Source: Piedraia hortae CBS 480.64 (taxonomy: Eukaryota). From it: a DNA stretch of 64,000 bases. The stretch is taken from assembly GCA_010093745.1 (NCBI GenBank), contig MU006028.1, positions 1 to 64,000 of the forward strand. The letters run 5' to 3'. Shown here in pieces: positions 47,433-58,888 of the stretch (position 1 is its first letter; each line of letters begins with the position of its first letter). The notes beneath the pieces are model-generated. The model had not been told where the DNA came from. It ran no database searches and saw only the letters and a program-made list of their open reading frames with translations. The position numbers and the translations under genes were made by a program.

Positions 47433-49775
47433 CTAATCAACCTCCTCCCTAAACTTCGTCCCCCTCCTCTGCTTCGGCTCATCAAAATGATCTTTTGCAT
47501 CCTGAAACTCATCCTCCTCCCCATCATCCTCTCCATCCTCCACCTCCTCCACCTGTCCCCTTTTCTTCCTCCCCCCAGCAGCAAAAGCAGCCGCATCCTC
47601 CGAGATCGCCTCATTAGAAGACTCTTCGCTCTCCTCCCTCTTCTTCGTCCTCATCTTCCCAAAAAGACCCATGAACCCACCCGTCCGTCCTTCTGACTCG
47701 CTCTCGGAGTCACTATGTCCAATATGCGAAATATGTCTCTCCAGATCCGGCTTCGAAGGAGCTACCGCCTGTCCTGGATCAGTGTAATGTCCTGAGACCC
47801 TCGACGTTAACGCTGGACGATGAGGAGAGAGGGATGATGAGGAAGAGGAGAGGTTCTCTTCCTCGGAGAGAAGGTCCGAGACCTTATCGCCGCTTTCGCG
47901 GTTTTGGGTCTGTGTGGGTTTGGATTTTCGATGGAGTTTCGTCGAGAGTCTACCTAGCATCGAAGCGCGCTTTTCGTCATCGACGCTTTCGGATTGTTTG
48001 CGGGCAAGTTTGTCTTCTTGTTTTTTGGCTTTGGAAGCGGCTTTTTCGTCGTGTTTTTCTTTCTTCGAGGCGGCTTTTTCTTCGTCTGTACATACAATTA
48101 GTTTGTTCCGATTTGGTTGGGGGGTCTTACGTCTCACTCGTTTCGTCTTCTCTTTCTCCTCCCTCTGTTTTGCCTTCTCCTCCACCCTCCTTCTCTCCCC
48201 TTCAACCTTCAACTTCCTAACCTCCTCATCCCTCTCCCTCCTCCTCTCCGCATTCTTACTGATCTCCTCCAAGGTAGGCTTCAGCCTCTCCGCCGCAATC
48301 GCCTCAACCTCCGCTTGGGAAATATATCTCCCTCCACCAACATCCCTTTGTCCGGCTTGCGGAGCTGTCTGAGCAGCAGCACGTTCCTGCTCCTCCTTGG
48401 CGCGCTTCTGCGCTTTTTGCTCCCATTCCTCTTGTAATGCGGGCGGAACTTTTCCTGTGTTGGCGTAGACTTCCGCGTCGATGGACGCCATTTGGGTTTG
48501 GACTCGTTGAGAAGCTAATGCCATGAGTTTTGCGCGATCGGAGGACCGCTGCGCGGTGTCGACTGCGGTGGTAAGGGCGGAGGTTTGGGCGCGGATTTGG
48601 CGGGCGCGTTCTTCGTCCGATGGGAGGGCTGCTTCGCTGTTGTTAATGCTGTTGTTGTGGCGGAGGGTGTGGGAGAGGCGGGATAGGCCTTTTTTTGGGG
48701 TGGGTTCACTTGGCAGGCCGTAGTATTCCCTGTATTTGGCTGATTCAAAGTTTTTGTCGATTTTGCGGAGACGTTCTTGTGCAAGTTTGTAGGCTTCGTC
48801 TTGTAGGTGCAGGTATTTTAAGGCTTCTTGTTTGATGTCTTTGGGTGGACTGGTTTGTTGTTTTGTGCTGGCGAGGTTGGCTGCTTCGCGGCTGGCGTCG
48901 GTTGGTGTGGGGAGGATTTTCTGGGTTTCGTACATTTGCTTTGCCATGGAGAGGGCTGATGCGCGCAGAGCAGCTTGGTGTCTTGTCTCCTCGGGGTTGA
49001 TGTCGATGCCGGGGACCTCGGTGAAGTATCTAGGGTTGACGTGGAGATTTTTCACGCGAGCGACTTGGTTGGCTTCCGAGTTCCATCCGTCTGGGGCGGT
49101 TTTAACGGAGTTTGAACGGTGGGATACTGTTGCTGCACTCAAGGCATTGCTTGCAGAGTTCTTTGCGTCGGGGTAATCTGGCACACCTTGAGGTGGTAAC
49201 AGATCGGATTTGTCGAGTTTGGCAGATAGGGTGGCCGCTTTCAAGGCATTTTGTCTACCTTGTTGGGTGTACCCTTGATCGAGCTGTGGACTGAGATCTT
49301 TACTGTGCATGGCTAGATTGGCTGCTGAATTCCCGGCTTTGCTCGCAGACGGCTGCCAGAGATCGACTTTGGCGCCATCTCTATGCGCCAAAATTGCAGC
49401 TTTGGAACCGGCTGCACTCTCCTCGGGATGCCAGAGCTCCTGCATTTTATAGTCTTTTGCCATGAGAGCGGCTTTCCCAGCCGAGTCAGCGAGGCCACCA
49501 TGACTCGGATAGGATGGTAAGTCCTGGGGTCGCGCATATTTCAAGGATGTCGCAGCACCTTGCCACTTTTGTCAGCAATTCAGCAACGTTCAATGACCGA
49601 ACTTACTGTGCGAAGAGAGTTTGCCGTCTGGTCCGAGCACATTATCCTGGCCCGTGTGTCGCGCCGGATCGGTGGCATATAGCGCCGCACTTGAGGCTTG
49701 TTCGGCTAGCTGGTTACTGTGCTCGTGTGCCAATGGATCAGGACACGGTACGTCTCCTGGTCCTACGTGAGCCAT
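47433..49775 (-). CDS. Eisosome assembly protein Eis1-like; introns 49606-49559, 48130-48086
   Basis: 'ASSAALYA', 'SAATSLKYA', 'LQDEAYKLAQERL', 'DVGGGRYISQAEVEAIAAERLKPTLEEI'. Confidence 0.8.
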
Positions 49776-49933
49776 TGTGTCGTCTTATCCTGCTGACCCC
49801 TTCGTCGTGCCGAAGAATGCCAGGCAGCATGACGTCATGGCTGGGTGGGGTAGCGTCATCTGCGTTTTAAGTTGTGAAATTAAGATATCTAGTGCTAGTA
49901 ATCTACAAGACAGACGTTTCTTGAATAAACACC

Positions 49934-50810
49934 CTAATCCACCTCCACCAAGTGTACTTTGACATTGAGCTGTTCTTCAAGGTCCCGCACAATCACGTCG
50001 ATTGGAGTCATGTACGAGACTGGCAGGTAAGGATCAGTATTGCCGCCTAAGCCCAACCCAACGGCATGAACTTCTCGCTTGGATGAGCCATCTCTTAGAA
50101 AAACTAGGCTTCCTGAGTCGCCGCCAGCAAGGAAGCAGTCATAGGCTCTGTCTGCGATCATGGCGCGGCAGATTGCAGACTTCTTGATCGGCTGCCCATG
50201 GTGAATGGGAGACCAGGGACATTCAGGTGAGGCTCAATCGCGTTGATTATACCGGTGGTCCAGCCAGTTGCGCGACCACACTTTGCCACGGCAAATTGCT
50301 GATCGAGGTCTATGTTCTTCAATGGTGCCACATTTGCAATGTGTGTCAGCTCAGTGCGATACGTTCCATCTGGAAGATAGGGATAGGCGCAGCAAGTTGG
50401 GCGCAATTTGACTAAGCACCAACTAAGCACCCTGCCTTGCACCCTCTCCCAGAGCTTGCTGCCACATATCCAGAAATCCGATCTCTCTAGCGAATTACGG
50501 TCAGGTCCCCAAGGTATTTGGACTTCTTTTTCTGCAGTATGTTAATCTTCGCCTGCTTTGACGGGCTCAGTTCCATTCACGCAACTTTCCTCCTTCCGCA
50601 AGTCATCGGAGTATTCCTGCAGACTTTTTTGCGTGTGACTTGCGCAGTCCTCATCGTCCTCATTGGACGGGCTAACCACGGCAGGTCCGTCTTCCACAAT
50701 ACCCCCTTGCGGGTGATTTAAAGCACCAGAGCAAAGGACCTGCTCCGTGGTAATTCCAAATTCGCCCCGGGATTTGCCAGAGTGATCTTGAAGATACGGA
50801 AGCCACTCCC
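49934..50810 (-). pseudogene. Trypsin-like (S64/Nal1-type) serine protease pseudogene, C-terminal half
   Basis: 'VAKCGRATGWTTGIIN', 'GGDSGSLV', 'YMTPIDVIVRDLE' in different frames. Confidence 0.7.
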
Positions 50811-50829
50811 ACGTCTTTGCTGCAAGTAC

Positions 50830-51225
50830 GTTTGTCTTTTGAGCTTCTTTTTTGACGAGTCGAGGTGAGGGCGGAATTGTGGTTTTCTGTCCAACCAGAC
50901 TCCTAAGAATCTAGCTGACTCAACCGGGTGATGACATTGTCGTTGAACATGATCATCTCCTCTCTGCACCGACAAATTCCAGTGAAATAGAGCAGCTGTC
51001 TTTCGAGATTAGAATTGCATTCCCCTGACCTTAGCCCATTCCACACACCTTCGCAGTAAGCAGTTGCTCCGGGTGTCCTTGCCGAAGCTGAGGATTTTAG
51101 TATCGTCGGCAAAGCGGACGATAATTATGACTCGAATCGGCTGTTGGTCTTGGACACAGAGTGTTGCAATGTGAAGCATTAATAGGATTGGTGACAGTGG
51201 TCAGCTTCATGGTACCCTTAGTCCC
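50830..51225 (-). mobile_element. LINE (Tad1-like) reverse transcriptase fragment
   Basis: 'PLSPILLMLHIATL..RFADDT' and 'ARFLGVWLDRK..FRPHL'. Confidence 0.8.
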
Positions 51226-51439
51226 AACTTTCCCTTCTCTAAGACACACAATCACCCCCCTCGTCAGATAGACTGTCCTCGGTCTATTTACTTATTTTCA
51301 GCCACATTCCATCTGCGACGCGTTTTCAGTCTCGCTGCAGTTTTGTTTTAGGTTGCGTTCGGTCGCCTTAAATCTAACGCTGGCTCCAGCGAGCTCGATG
51401 GGAACCGTGCCCGATTAGGAAGCGGCGCGACAACGTGAC

Positions 51440-51836
51440 GCCCAGTTGCCAGGTTATCGTCACAAAATGTTGCGAGGTTTTCCGGCGAACTTCAGAGGGG
51501 CCTTGTTGAACTTCCTGGCCCGAAGGTGTGCTTAATGTAGTCGTCCATGACTTCCTTCTCTGCCGTCGGGCAGCCTTTCTCATTGATGCACCAGCTCGAC
51601 CTCTCTTTGATTCTTTTCCACACTGGATAATCGCTCTGCATTATTTGATATAGGTTCTTAGTAGCCTGAAGTGTGCAATGTGGCCGTCTGTCCTCTGCGA
51701 TCGCTTTATGGACAACGTCCAAGGCGCTTGACCAAGCCTCGGGCTTAAAGCGGGAATTACTCTCTTTGCCCTCCAGTTTGGCTTGCTTAAGGGAAGTAAT
51801 GAGAGTGATAGTAGACGCGGTGCACCATTTGAACAT
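51440..51836 (-). mobile_element. Myb/SANT-like DNA-binding protein fragment (PIF/Harbinger accessory-ORF type)
   Basis: 'W..STITLI..FKPEAW..QATKNLY..YPVWKRIKERSSW..AEKEVMDDYIK' matches Myb_DNA-bind_3 spacing. Confidence 0.65.
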
Positions 51837-51849
51837 TGGCGCCCTGGCT

Positions 51850-54005
51850 TTATTTTGTGATGGTATGATTGGCTCGTGGTTGCGTGGTACATGTTGTGAA
51901 GAAATTAAAAGCGCGGAAAAAGAGGGTCTGGCCTAACTTTCTCTTCTTGCAATAAATCATGCCAACCTTTCCTCACTGGGTCAAGATTTATCGCTTTAAA
52001 GTCTTGGAATACCTTGAAATGCAGATTTTGAAGAGGTGAAAAACCTGAGGCGCCGAGAGGCCAGCCTTGGGGCAATGGAGTGGTGCTATGACGGGCGTGC
52101 GGACATTTTTCAGGACACGTATCTCCTTCTCGATCAGCGCTACCCGTTCGCAAGGATGTTCGCTTGGCGACGGGATCATTCGATGCTGGTTGAAAGCTTA
52201 CGCAGCCCGTTCGCTAGGGCTCTGTCCGCATTGCGATCTTCTGTAAAGTAAGGCCACAAAGTGTGACGCTGAGAAGCGTGACAGTCCCGAAATATGCAAT
52301 GGCGACCTTGTCCCGGTTTGATGATGGCAGTTTCTAAGGGCGAAACTTCACCCTCATGGTTTGCTTGCTTCTCCCGAATAACCATTCGTTTCAAGTCTCC
52401 ATTGGCCTTCTCTATCGTTCCATTATCACGAAGTCTGCTCGGCGTTTTCATGATGAATTTGGGTCACCCATAGTGAAGTGTCGGAGGGGTGAACCTCCGA
52501 GGACTAGAGCGGAGTGGATGTCAACGACGAAAGTTTTCACTCAACTTTTACTGAAAAAGGTAAAAATGTAATTGTCTATCTCTATGAGGTGAGGTTCGAA
52601 ACCTCCCCCACACTACCTCAGTCTAACCGCATTTGCCAGGACAACGTCAGCGAACCATGCCCTTAAGCATGAACGAGATAATGACCCGTCTCAGGGAAAA
52701 CTTCCTGGGCGGCGGCTGGGGTTGTCGGAGGGGTTGTCTAGTCCGGGGACAAAGTGGAATACGACGTTTGCGGCTTGAATGGATTCAATCCAGCGGTTCA
52801 TGCGTTTGTTGTCGCCTTTGGAGTTCCATTTTTCGGTGAGTAGCCTGTGGTCAGTGAAAAGATCGACGGGTTGTGAGTTAGATTCGATGTAAGGTCGTAG
52901 GGCTCGGATGGCCCGGACGACCGCTAGCAGCTCGCGTTCAGAGGTATTGTAGTTTCGTTCTGCAGCGGATAGCCCTTTTGAGAGGACTGCGATGGGCTTG
53001 TCGTTCTGGAATGCCATCGCGCCGGTTGCGAATCCGGAAGCATCAGTGTAGATGCGCATGGGAGCTGTCGGTTCGTGAAGGTGGAGCGGTGTAGCGTCCG
53101 CTAGACATGTTTTGATAGCTTCAAAAGCCGATTGGTGCTGGGGGAGCCATTGGAAGGGCCGCCAGTGAGGGCGTACAATGGAGCCGCCGCCGTGGCGAAT
53201 CCAGTGGAAAAGTCGCGGAACCAGTTAGCGGTCCCGAGATATTGCTGTAATTCCCTAATAGATTCTGGCACTGGCCATGAGGAAAGGCCCATGATATCCG
53301 GGGATGGAGCGATGTAGGCGTGGCTGACCGCGTGTCCGAGATATTTCACCGTGGTTTGAGCGAGCTGGGCTTTCGATGCGGCGTGGTCTAGTCCGCGCGA
53401 TTCGAGCAGGGCAAGGACCGCTTCCAGCTTGGCCGTGTGGTCATCAAGGTCGTCGGCGTAGACGATTATGTCGTCGATGTATGCCGAAGCGAACGCGGAG
53501 ACCGGGTGCAGAAGGTTGTCTATGAACTTCTGGAAGATTGGTGGACCATTGGTCACGCCGAAGGGCATGACGAGGTACTCATAGCAGCCTTGTGGAGTTT
53601 TGAACGTCGTGAGGCGTTCTTGGCCTGGAAGTATTTTGATATTGTAGAACGCATTTTTTAAGTCGAGAACAGAGAACACCTTTCCAGTTGCTGCTTTGCG
53701 TAGTAGGTCCATAAGCCGTGGAGCGGGTATTTGTCACGTTTGGTGATGGCATTAAGAGGCCTGTAATCGACGCAAAGGCGGAGTGACCCGTCTTTCTTCG
53801 GAACGAATAAGGGGTTGCAGCTAGTGGATGGCGAAGCCGGCCTGATCCAGTTGTTCTTTAGGCCTTCGGTAATGTATGTTGTCATGGCCCTGTCCTCGGG
53901 GATGGAGAGCGTGCGTAGGCGGCCGCCGTCGTTCATGTTGCCTTCAATTTCAAATGAACAGACAGCAAGCTCTTGGGTGGACGCAAAGAACGGTTCCCCC
54001 AGGAT
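51850..54005 (-). mobile_element. Truncated Ty3/gypsy pol (protease end, RT, RNase H, integrase), frameshifted
   Basis: 'PLFVPKKDGSLRLCVDYRPLN', 'LDLKNAFY', 'VMPFGVTN', 'AYIDDII', 'YTDASGFA..ERELLAVV', integrase 'NGTIEKANGDLK'. Confidence 0.95.
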
Positions 54006-54367
54006 TGTTGGATTCAAGCATCGCCGCTAGCGCGTATGCAGGGCACTTGCATAGCAAGTCAGCGATACCTCCTACACTACCAGCTGCACCCTAGGTTTTT
54101 CCCTCACAGAGGTTTTCCCTCAGGGTCATGTCATATGTGACATGGTGAATACGCCCCGCTAGTGTACGACGTGACGTCACCGGCCCACCGGTACAGAATT
54201 TTCATTCTGAACGTCCCCTCATTGAAATAGTCAATTGACACTACCATACTGCAACTGGTATTTTTTGACTCACATACATCTACATCTTTCCTGTCCCTGA
54301 TTCCGTCTATCGCTCCGTCCTCTTCAGGTCGCTGTGCACTCTCACCCACGAGATCTAAATCTCTACA
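54006..54367 (-). mobile_element. LTR, family A, abutting the gypsy pol fragment; no TSD
   Basis: Reverse complement of 56037-56396 with few differences; flanks AGGAT and GAGGC do not match. Confidence 0.92.
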
Positions 54368-54712
54368 GAGGCTACGTTAACTGAACCCCAGTAGATCTTG
54401 CTTATCGCTCAAGATAGGGAAGGAGCGCCTGGATACCTTATCGGTTATTGACGTGCTTTGCTTCATCAGTGCATGAGGGCATCGCGGAAAGTGTAGGGTG
54501 GCCTGCGCGGTAGCTTAGGCGCTTGTCGATGCTGATTTCGGGCGTGCCAATGGATGCAGGACGATTGATCTCTATGATGGACATGAATTTTCTGCGAGAA
54601 CTGGACATTGGTTCCTTTGTCTCCATTTCGTGTTAGATGTAGATTTGCTCGAAAAAGTTGCTGCGTGGGCGCTATGCCCCCACTGCCCCCACAAAAATTT
54701 GAAGCCCCACCT

Positions 54713-54940
54713 TGTTACGGCGAGGCTGTGTGTGCGCGGGACGACCCGCGCCGCCTAAACGCACAGGGAATTTGATACACCGACGCGCCCTGCTAGTTAT
54801 TCATAGCTACGCTCGCTACCACGCGCGAATGGACGGCGCTTCTGGATTGGTTTATAGTATCCTAGCTTCCCAGTAGATAGCAGTCTGGATTGTCCTCGTT
54901 GTTGGGACTTATTGAACCCTTTCCTATGAGCACCGTAACA
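54713..54940 (+). mobile_element. Solo LTR, family B (228 bp)
   Basis: TGTTACGG...CCGTAACA; perfect TSD CACCT. Confidence 0.92.
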
Positions 54941-55159
54941 CACCTAACCTCCTCTGGTTTATGACATGATTCAGAACACGGCGTAGGTGAGCCTGATTTT
55001 TGGCTGAGAAACCTATGATAGCAGGTTATCTACAGACGAAGACTATTCTGATCAGCCACCGTGATGCTTTTGGTCGGAAGCCCTCGCGTGCAGAATGCAA
55101 GTTTGAATGGAAAATTGAGGTCGCTCGTGACCCAAGCTTGTGACTGGGCGTAATGAACT

Positions 55160-55330
55160 ATTTATATCGCCCACATGCGTTGGCATATCCTTCCATTCTG
55201 TGGCTACCAGGAAGCGCGCCTTGTATTTTCTCGATGATACCATTTGGGGCTCTTTTAGCTTGTACACCCATTTGCCCCAAAGTATGGTTTTACTCTTGCT
55301 GATCACATCACACCGGTCCACAAGATGTCA
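55160..55330 (-). mobile_element. Ty1/copia RT fragment
   Basis: 'GKWVYKLK..RKYKARFLVA'. Confidence 0.75.
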
Positions 55331-55339
55331 GGTCTTGTC

Positions 55340-55900
55340 GGGGTCTAGGGTCTTGGCTCACCTGCCACCAAAAACACTGCCGACAGGGGTGCGTGCTGAT
55401 CCAGAGGTGAACATAGATCAGATGCTGCAGGGTTGCCTCCGAGAACAATACAAACACACCCAGACTTATTTGTGTCGTAGGTGGCATCCATCGCCACTTC
55501 CTTGACATCATTTTTGATCTTCGTGATGAGGGCTTCGGGGTAAATGGCCAGTCCCTTGTAGCCACCGAACTCGAGGGATTTAAAACGTGCGTCGCGCTCA
55601 GACAAGAGCTTTTAGCAGACGTAAGAGGGTCTGGATCTCTTCGCCACCGGCTGTTTTCGAGGAGCTACAAATATCTTATCTATTCCAGCGTCGCCTTTTC
55701 CTCCCATGCAGTTTGTCATCTCGGAGGCCTTGGACGATCTGTGCAGGTATCAAACGTGCAATCTTGCTGGCAACATATGCCTTAACAAACATCGCTGAGG
55801 CTGACGTCGACCAATTTTTCGAGGTGGAAGTCGTTGATAGAGCATACGCTCCTTCAGTCTTGGGCATATGACCATGCGACTGGCGCATGGAAACAGTTCA
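55340..55900 (-). mobile_element. Mutator-like (MULE) transposase fragment
   Basis: 'KEVAMDATYDTNKSG' (first catalytic Asp motif of fungal MULEs), preceded by 'PAQIVQGLR'. Confidence 0.65.
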
Positions 55901-56036
55901 CCTTACGGCGCTGGCATTGGTGGTAGGTTAAAGCTCTCTGCTTCTTGGCCTTTGCGTTACTCTCGTCCTAGGTGCAGTTAAAGTTGTAGTACTTGTCGCC
56001 ACTCGCGACAAAGCTCCGTCAGGTTTGAGTGGTCCG

Positions 56037-56396
56037 TGTAGGTATGTAGCTCTCGTGGGTGAGAGTGCACAGCGACCCGAAGAGGGCGGAGCGATAGACG
56101 GAAACAGGGACAGGAAAGATGTAGATGTATGTAAGTCAAAATACCAGTTGCAGCATGGTAGCGTGAATGACTATTTTCAATAAGGGGACGTTCAGAATGA
56201 AAATTCTGTTCCGGTGGGCCGGTGACGTCACGTCGTACACTAGCGGGGCGTATTCACCATGTCACATATGACATGACCCTGAGGGAAAACCTCTGTGAGG
56301 CAAAAACCTAGGGTGCAGCTGGTAGTGTAGGAGGTATCGCTGACTTGCTATGCAAGTGCCCTGCATACGCGCTAGCGGCGATGCTTGAATCCAACA
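56037..56396 (+). mobile_element. Solo LTR, family A (360 bp)
   Basis: TGTAGG...CCAACA; perfect 5-bp TSD GTCCG (56032-56036 and 56397-56401). Confidence 0.95.
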
Positions 56397-56499
56397 GTCC
56401 GTAATAAATCAACGCGTTAGATCTCATTCGCTGTTGCCTTCACCTCCGCATGCTGAGGAGTACCTATTGATCTCTCTGGCTAAAGCGGTAGCCGTGCGC

Positions 56500-57830
56500 C
56501 AAATGTGGTCATTGGGGGCGGGCCAATGTAAAAGGTAGTCTAAATTGGACCTCATCTTCCAAAATTAACCATGTTGGCTTTCTTGAGGAGGATCACCAAA
56601 GTTATCCATGTAACTTTCCCCTTCCTCTGCAAATTATCAGAGTATACCTGCGAAAGTTCTTGCGTGTGCTTTTTGCGGGTTTCATTGTCCTCATTGGACG
56701 GGCTGACGACGGCCGGCCTCTCTTGTAGATGACTCAGGACACCAGAGCAAAGGATATGCTCATTTGTGATCCCAAAAAATACCCATAGGCTTTTCCGGGC
56801 TTGCCGGAGGGATCTTGAAGAGATAGAAAGCTACCGAGTGTACCTGATCCCTCTATTCTCTCTGCATGGGACATAGAGGCGGGTGGGGATCTGTATGCGT
56901 TGACTTGGATCGAGGGATATGGCACCATCGCAAATGCAGTGTCACTGCTCGGACTGTGCTATCCTTATAACTGTGTTGTGCCTTACGGAAGAGCTAACTA
57001 CGCTGTGGGCTGGAGGTGAGGTGTCAGGGTCACGTGGCTGAGATATGGTTCCGTGACATGTAGAGCCGGACCTTGTCCAACATAAATGGAAAGGTTCAAC
57101 TTCGAGCCCATGGTGGCTGGCTAATTGGTGAATAGGCGGGATCTTTGACGACACCCAAGGCAGGTGATCGGCGTCTGCCGCGGAGAATACAATAGTTGGC
57201 CCCCGAGGATAGGAATTTGCTTCTGTTGATGACATGGGCTGCCGGGTACACGACGTCCAGCGTGTACCAAGATTATCTGCCGATCTGTACCAAAACATGC
57301 GATGTCACGGCTTCCCAAGCCTGCTGCACAGCACAGTATTCACCCAACACTGGAGCGGTGTGCACGCCCCACTTGTCAACGGCGGCATCTAGAACTTCTA
57401 CCATGACGTCCGTCCAGTTTCCTAAGTACAACAGGCTCTGGGTGCGCGCAATGAGCCCCTGCCAGATGTCTCGATAGTCAGAGTTGCCAGTGTGGTACGT
57501 GAGGAAGAGTATCGCTGGCTGTTCGTTTATGAAGACTTCATAACACTGAAATTTTCCCCTGAGTGGAAAAGGTTTGTTCAATTAAATTTCCGCATTCAGT
57601 GCATGTTGGCGTGAAGGTATTAAATTCTTCAACACTTCCACCACTCCCGGGAAGCACTCTACAGTCAAACCTTGACATGGCGGACTCCCAGCATCCTCGC
57701 ACAACATAAACCAGATTTCCCTCACGTAACAGATGAGGGTTATGTCAGATCGATGCACTGCTTCAAGGAATTTTGATTGTGGTGCTACACTGGGGGGAAG
57801 CTAGCGGCCCGTCACGTCGGAAGCTGCCGT
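56500..57830 (-). pseudogene. Trypsin-like serine protease pseudogene, N-terminal half (paralogue of 49934-50810)
   Basis: 'GSGTLGSFLSL'; 56560-56830 aligns by eye with 50530-50805; fragments in several frames. Confidence 0.6.
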
Positions 57831-58888
57831 TTCTTCTCCCTTCTTTCAAGGGTTGCATCTCGCCCTCGTCGTCCAAGTGATGGACTAACCTCTACGCCAG
57901 GATGGGCGAGGCGTGTGTTGAAAGACGTCCATCAGTCTTTCCGGCGGAGACTGAAACATGACTATCCGCACACGTTCAATCGTCTGTGCATTGATTGAGC
58001 ACGCTACTCCCTGCACAGCTGGCGGGAAGACTTCAAGAAACGGTGGGATAGAAAGATTTACAGGCTGGGACTAACTTGTGTTGGTAGTACACTTCAGAAG
58101 AACCATTGTATAATATCACCTTCCGCATGCCCTTCGGGGCGGAGCTATGATACATTCTAGCTCCTTCGGCATGAGGGAAATAACAATAATAATAACAATA
58201 ATCATATAATATCACCTTGGGTAACCTGGAGTCAGGATGTATACAAGCGCTAGGTCGACCAGCATCGATCTCACAGTTAGCATCCTTCCACTAGTCGAAA
58301 CACTAATCTAAGATCATCTGCTCATAATCCTACCCTCTGAACTCGATTATAACAACTCCCGAGTACCACATCACTCCATACGCCAGTCAAAGCATACCAT
58401 ATACCCCACCTCTTTAACCCCTCCCACTCTACGCATCCGTCTGATCATCGTCCCTTCAAATCTCTCATCTCCCCAATCAGTCTCTGCCCCACTCTTTGGC
58501 AAAACATACCCATTGCTTCTTACAATCCTTGTAAGCCTGAAAGTAATCCGCACAGAGAGATTTATCTCCCTCGTTCCGTCTCAGACATTTCAAACTGCGG
58601 TTGGCCGCTTCTTGACATGGATCAAAGTATTCGCTGTGTCGCTTACTTTTCGGCTAGTGGTTAGTGGTTCACGAGATGGAAGATTTGAAAGGCTCACTTC
58701 TGAAATCGCTTTGTACTCTTCTGCCATTCCGCGTCTTTCGGCTCAGACATTTGTTCCGTCGTTGATGACTCGCGCCGATGACGGTGTGATTACATAAGCA
58801 AGGACTACCCTCATCAACACTCGATTCAACGAACATGGCGTGTCTCAAGACTTGATTAAACAATACTCAATCACCTAATGCTACTAGA

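Noticed and set aside
54601..54630. 'LDIGSFVSI' resembling a retroviral protease motif
   Set aside because: Opposite strand to the adjacent pol, and it lacks the D-T/S-G triad.
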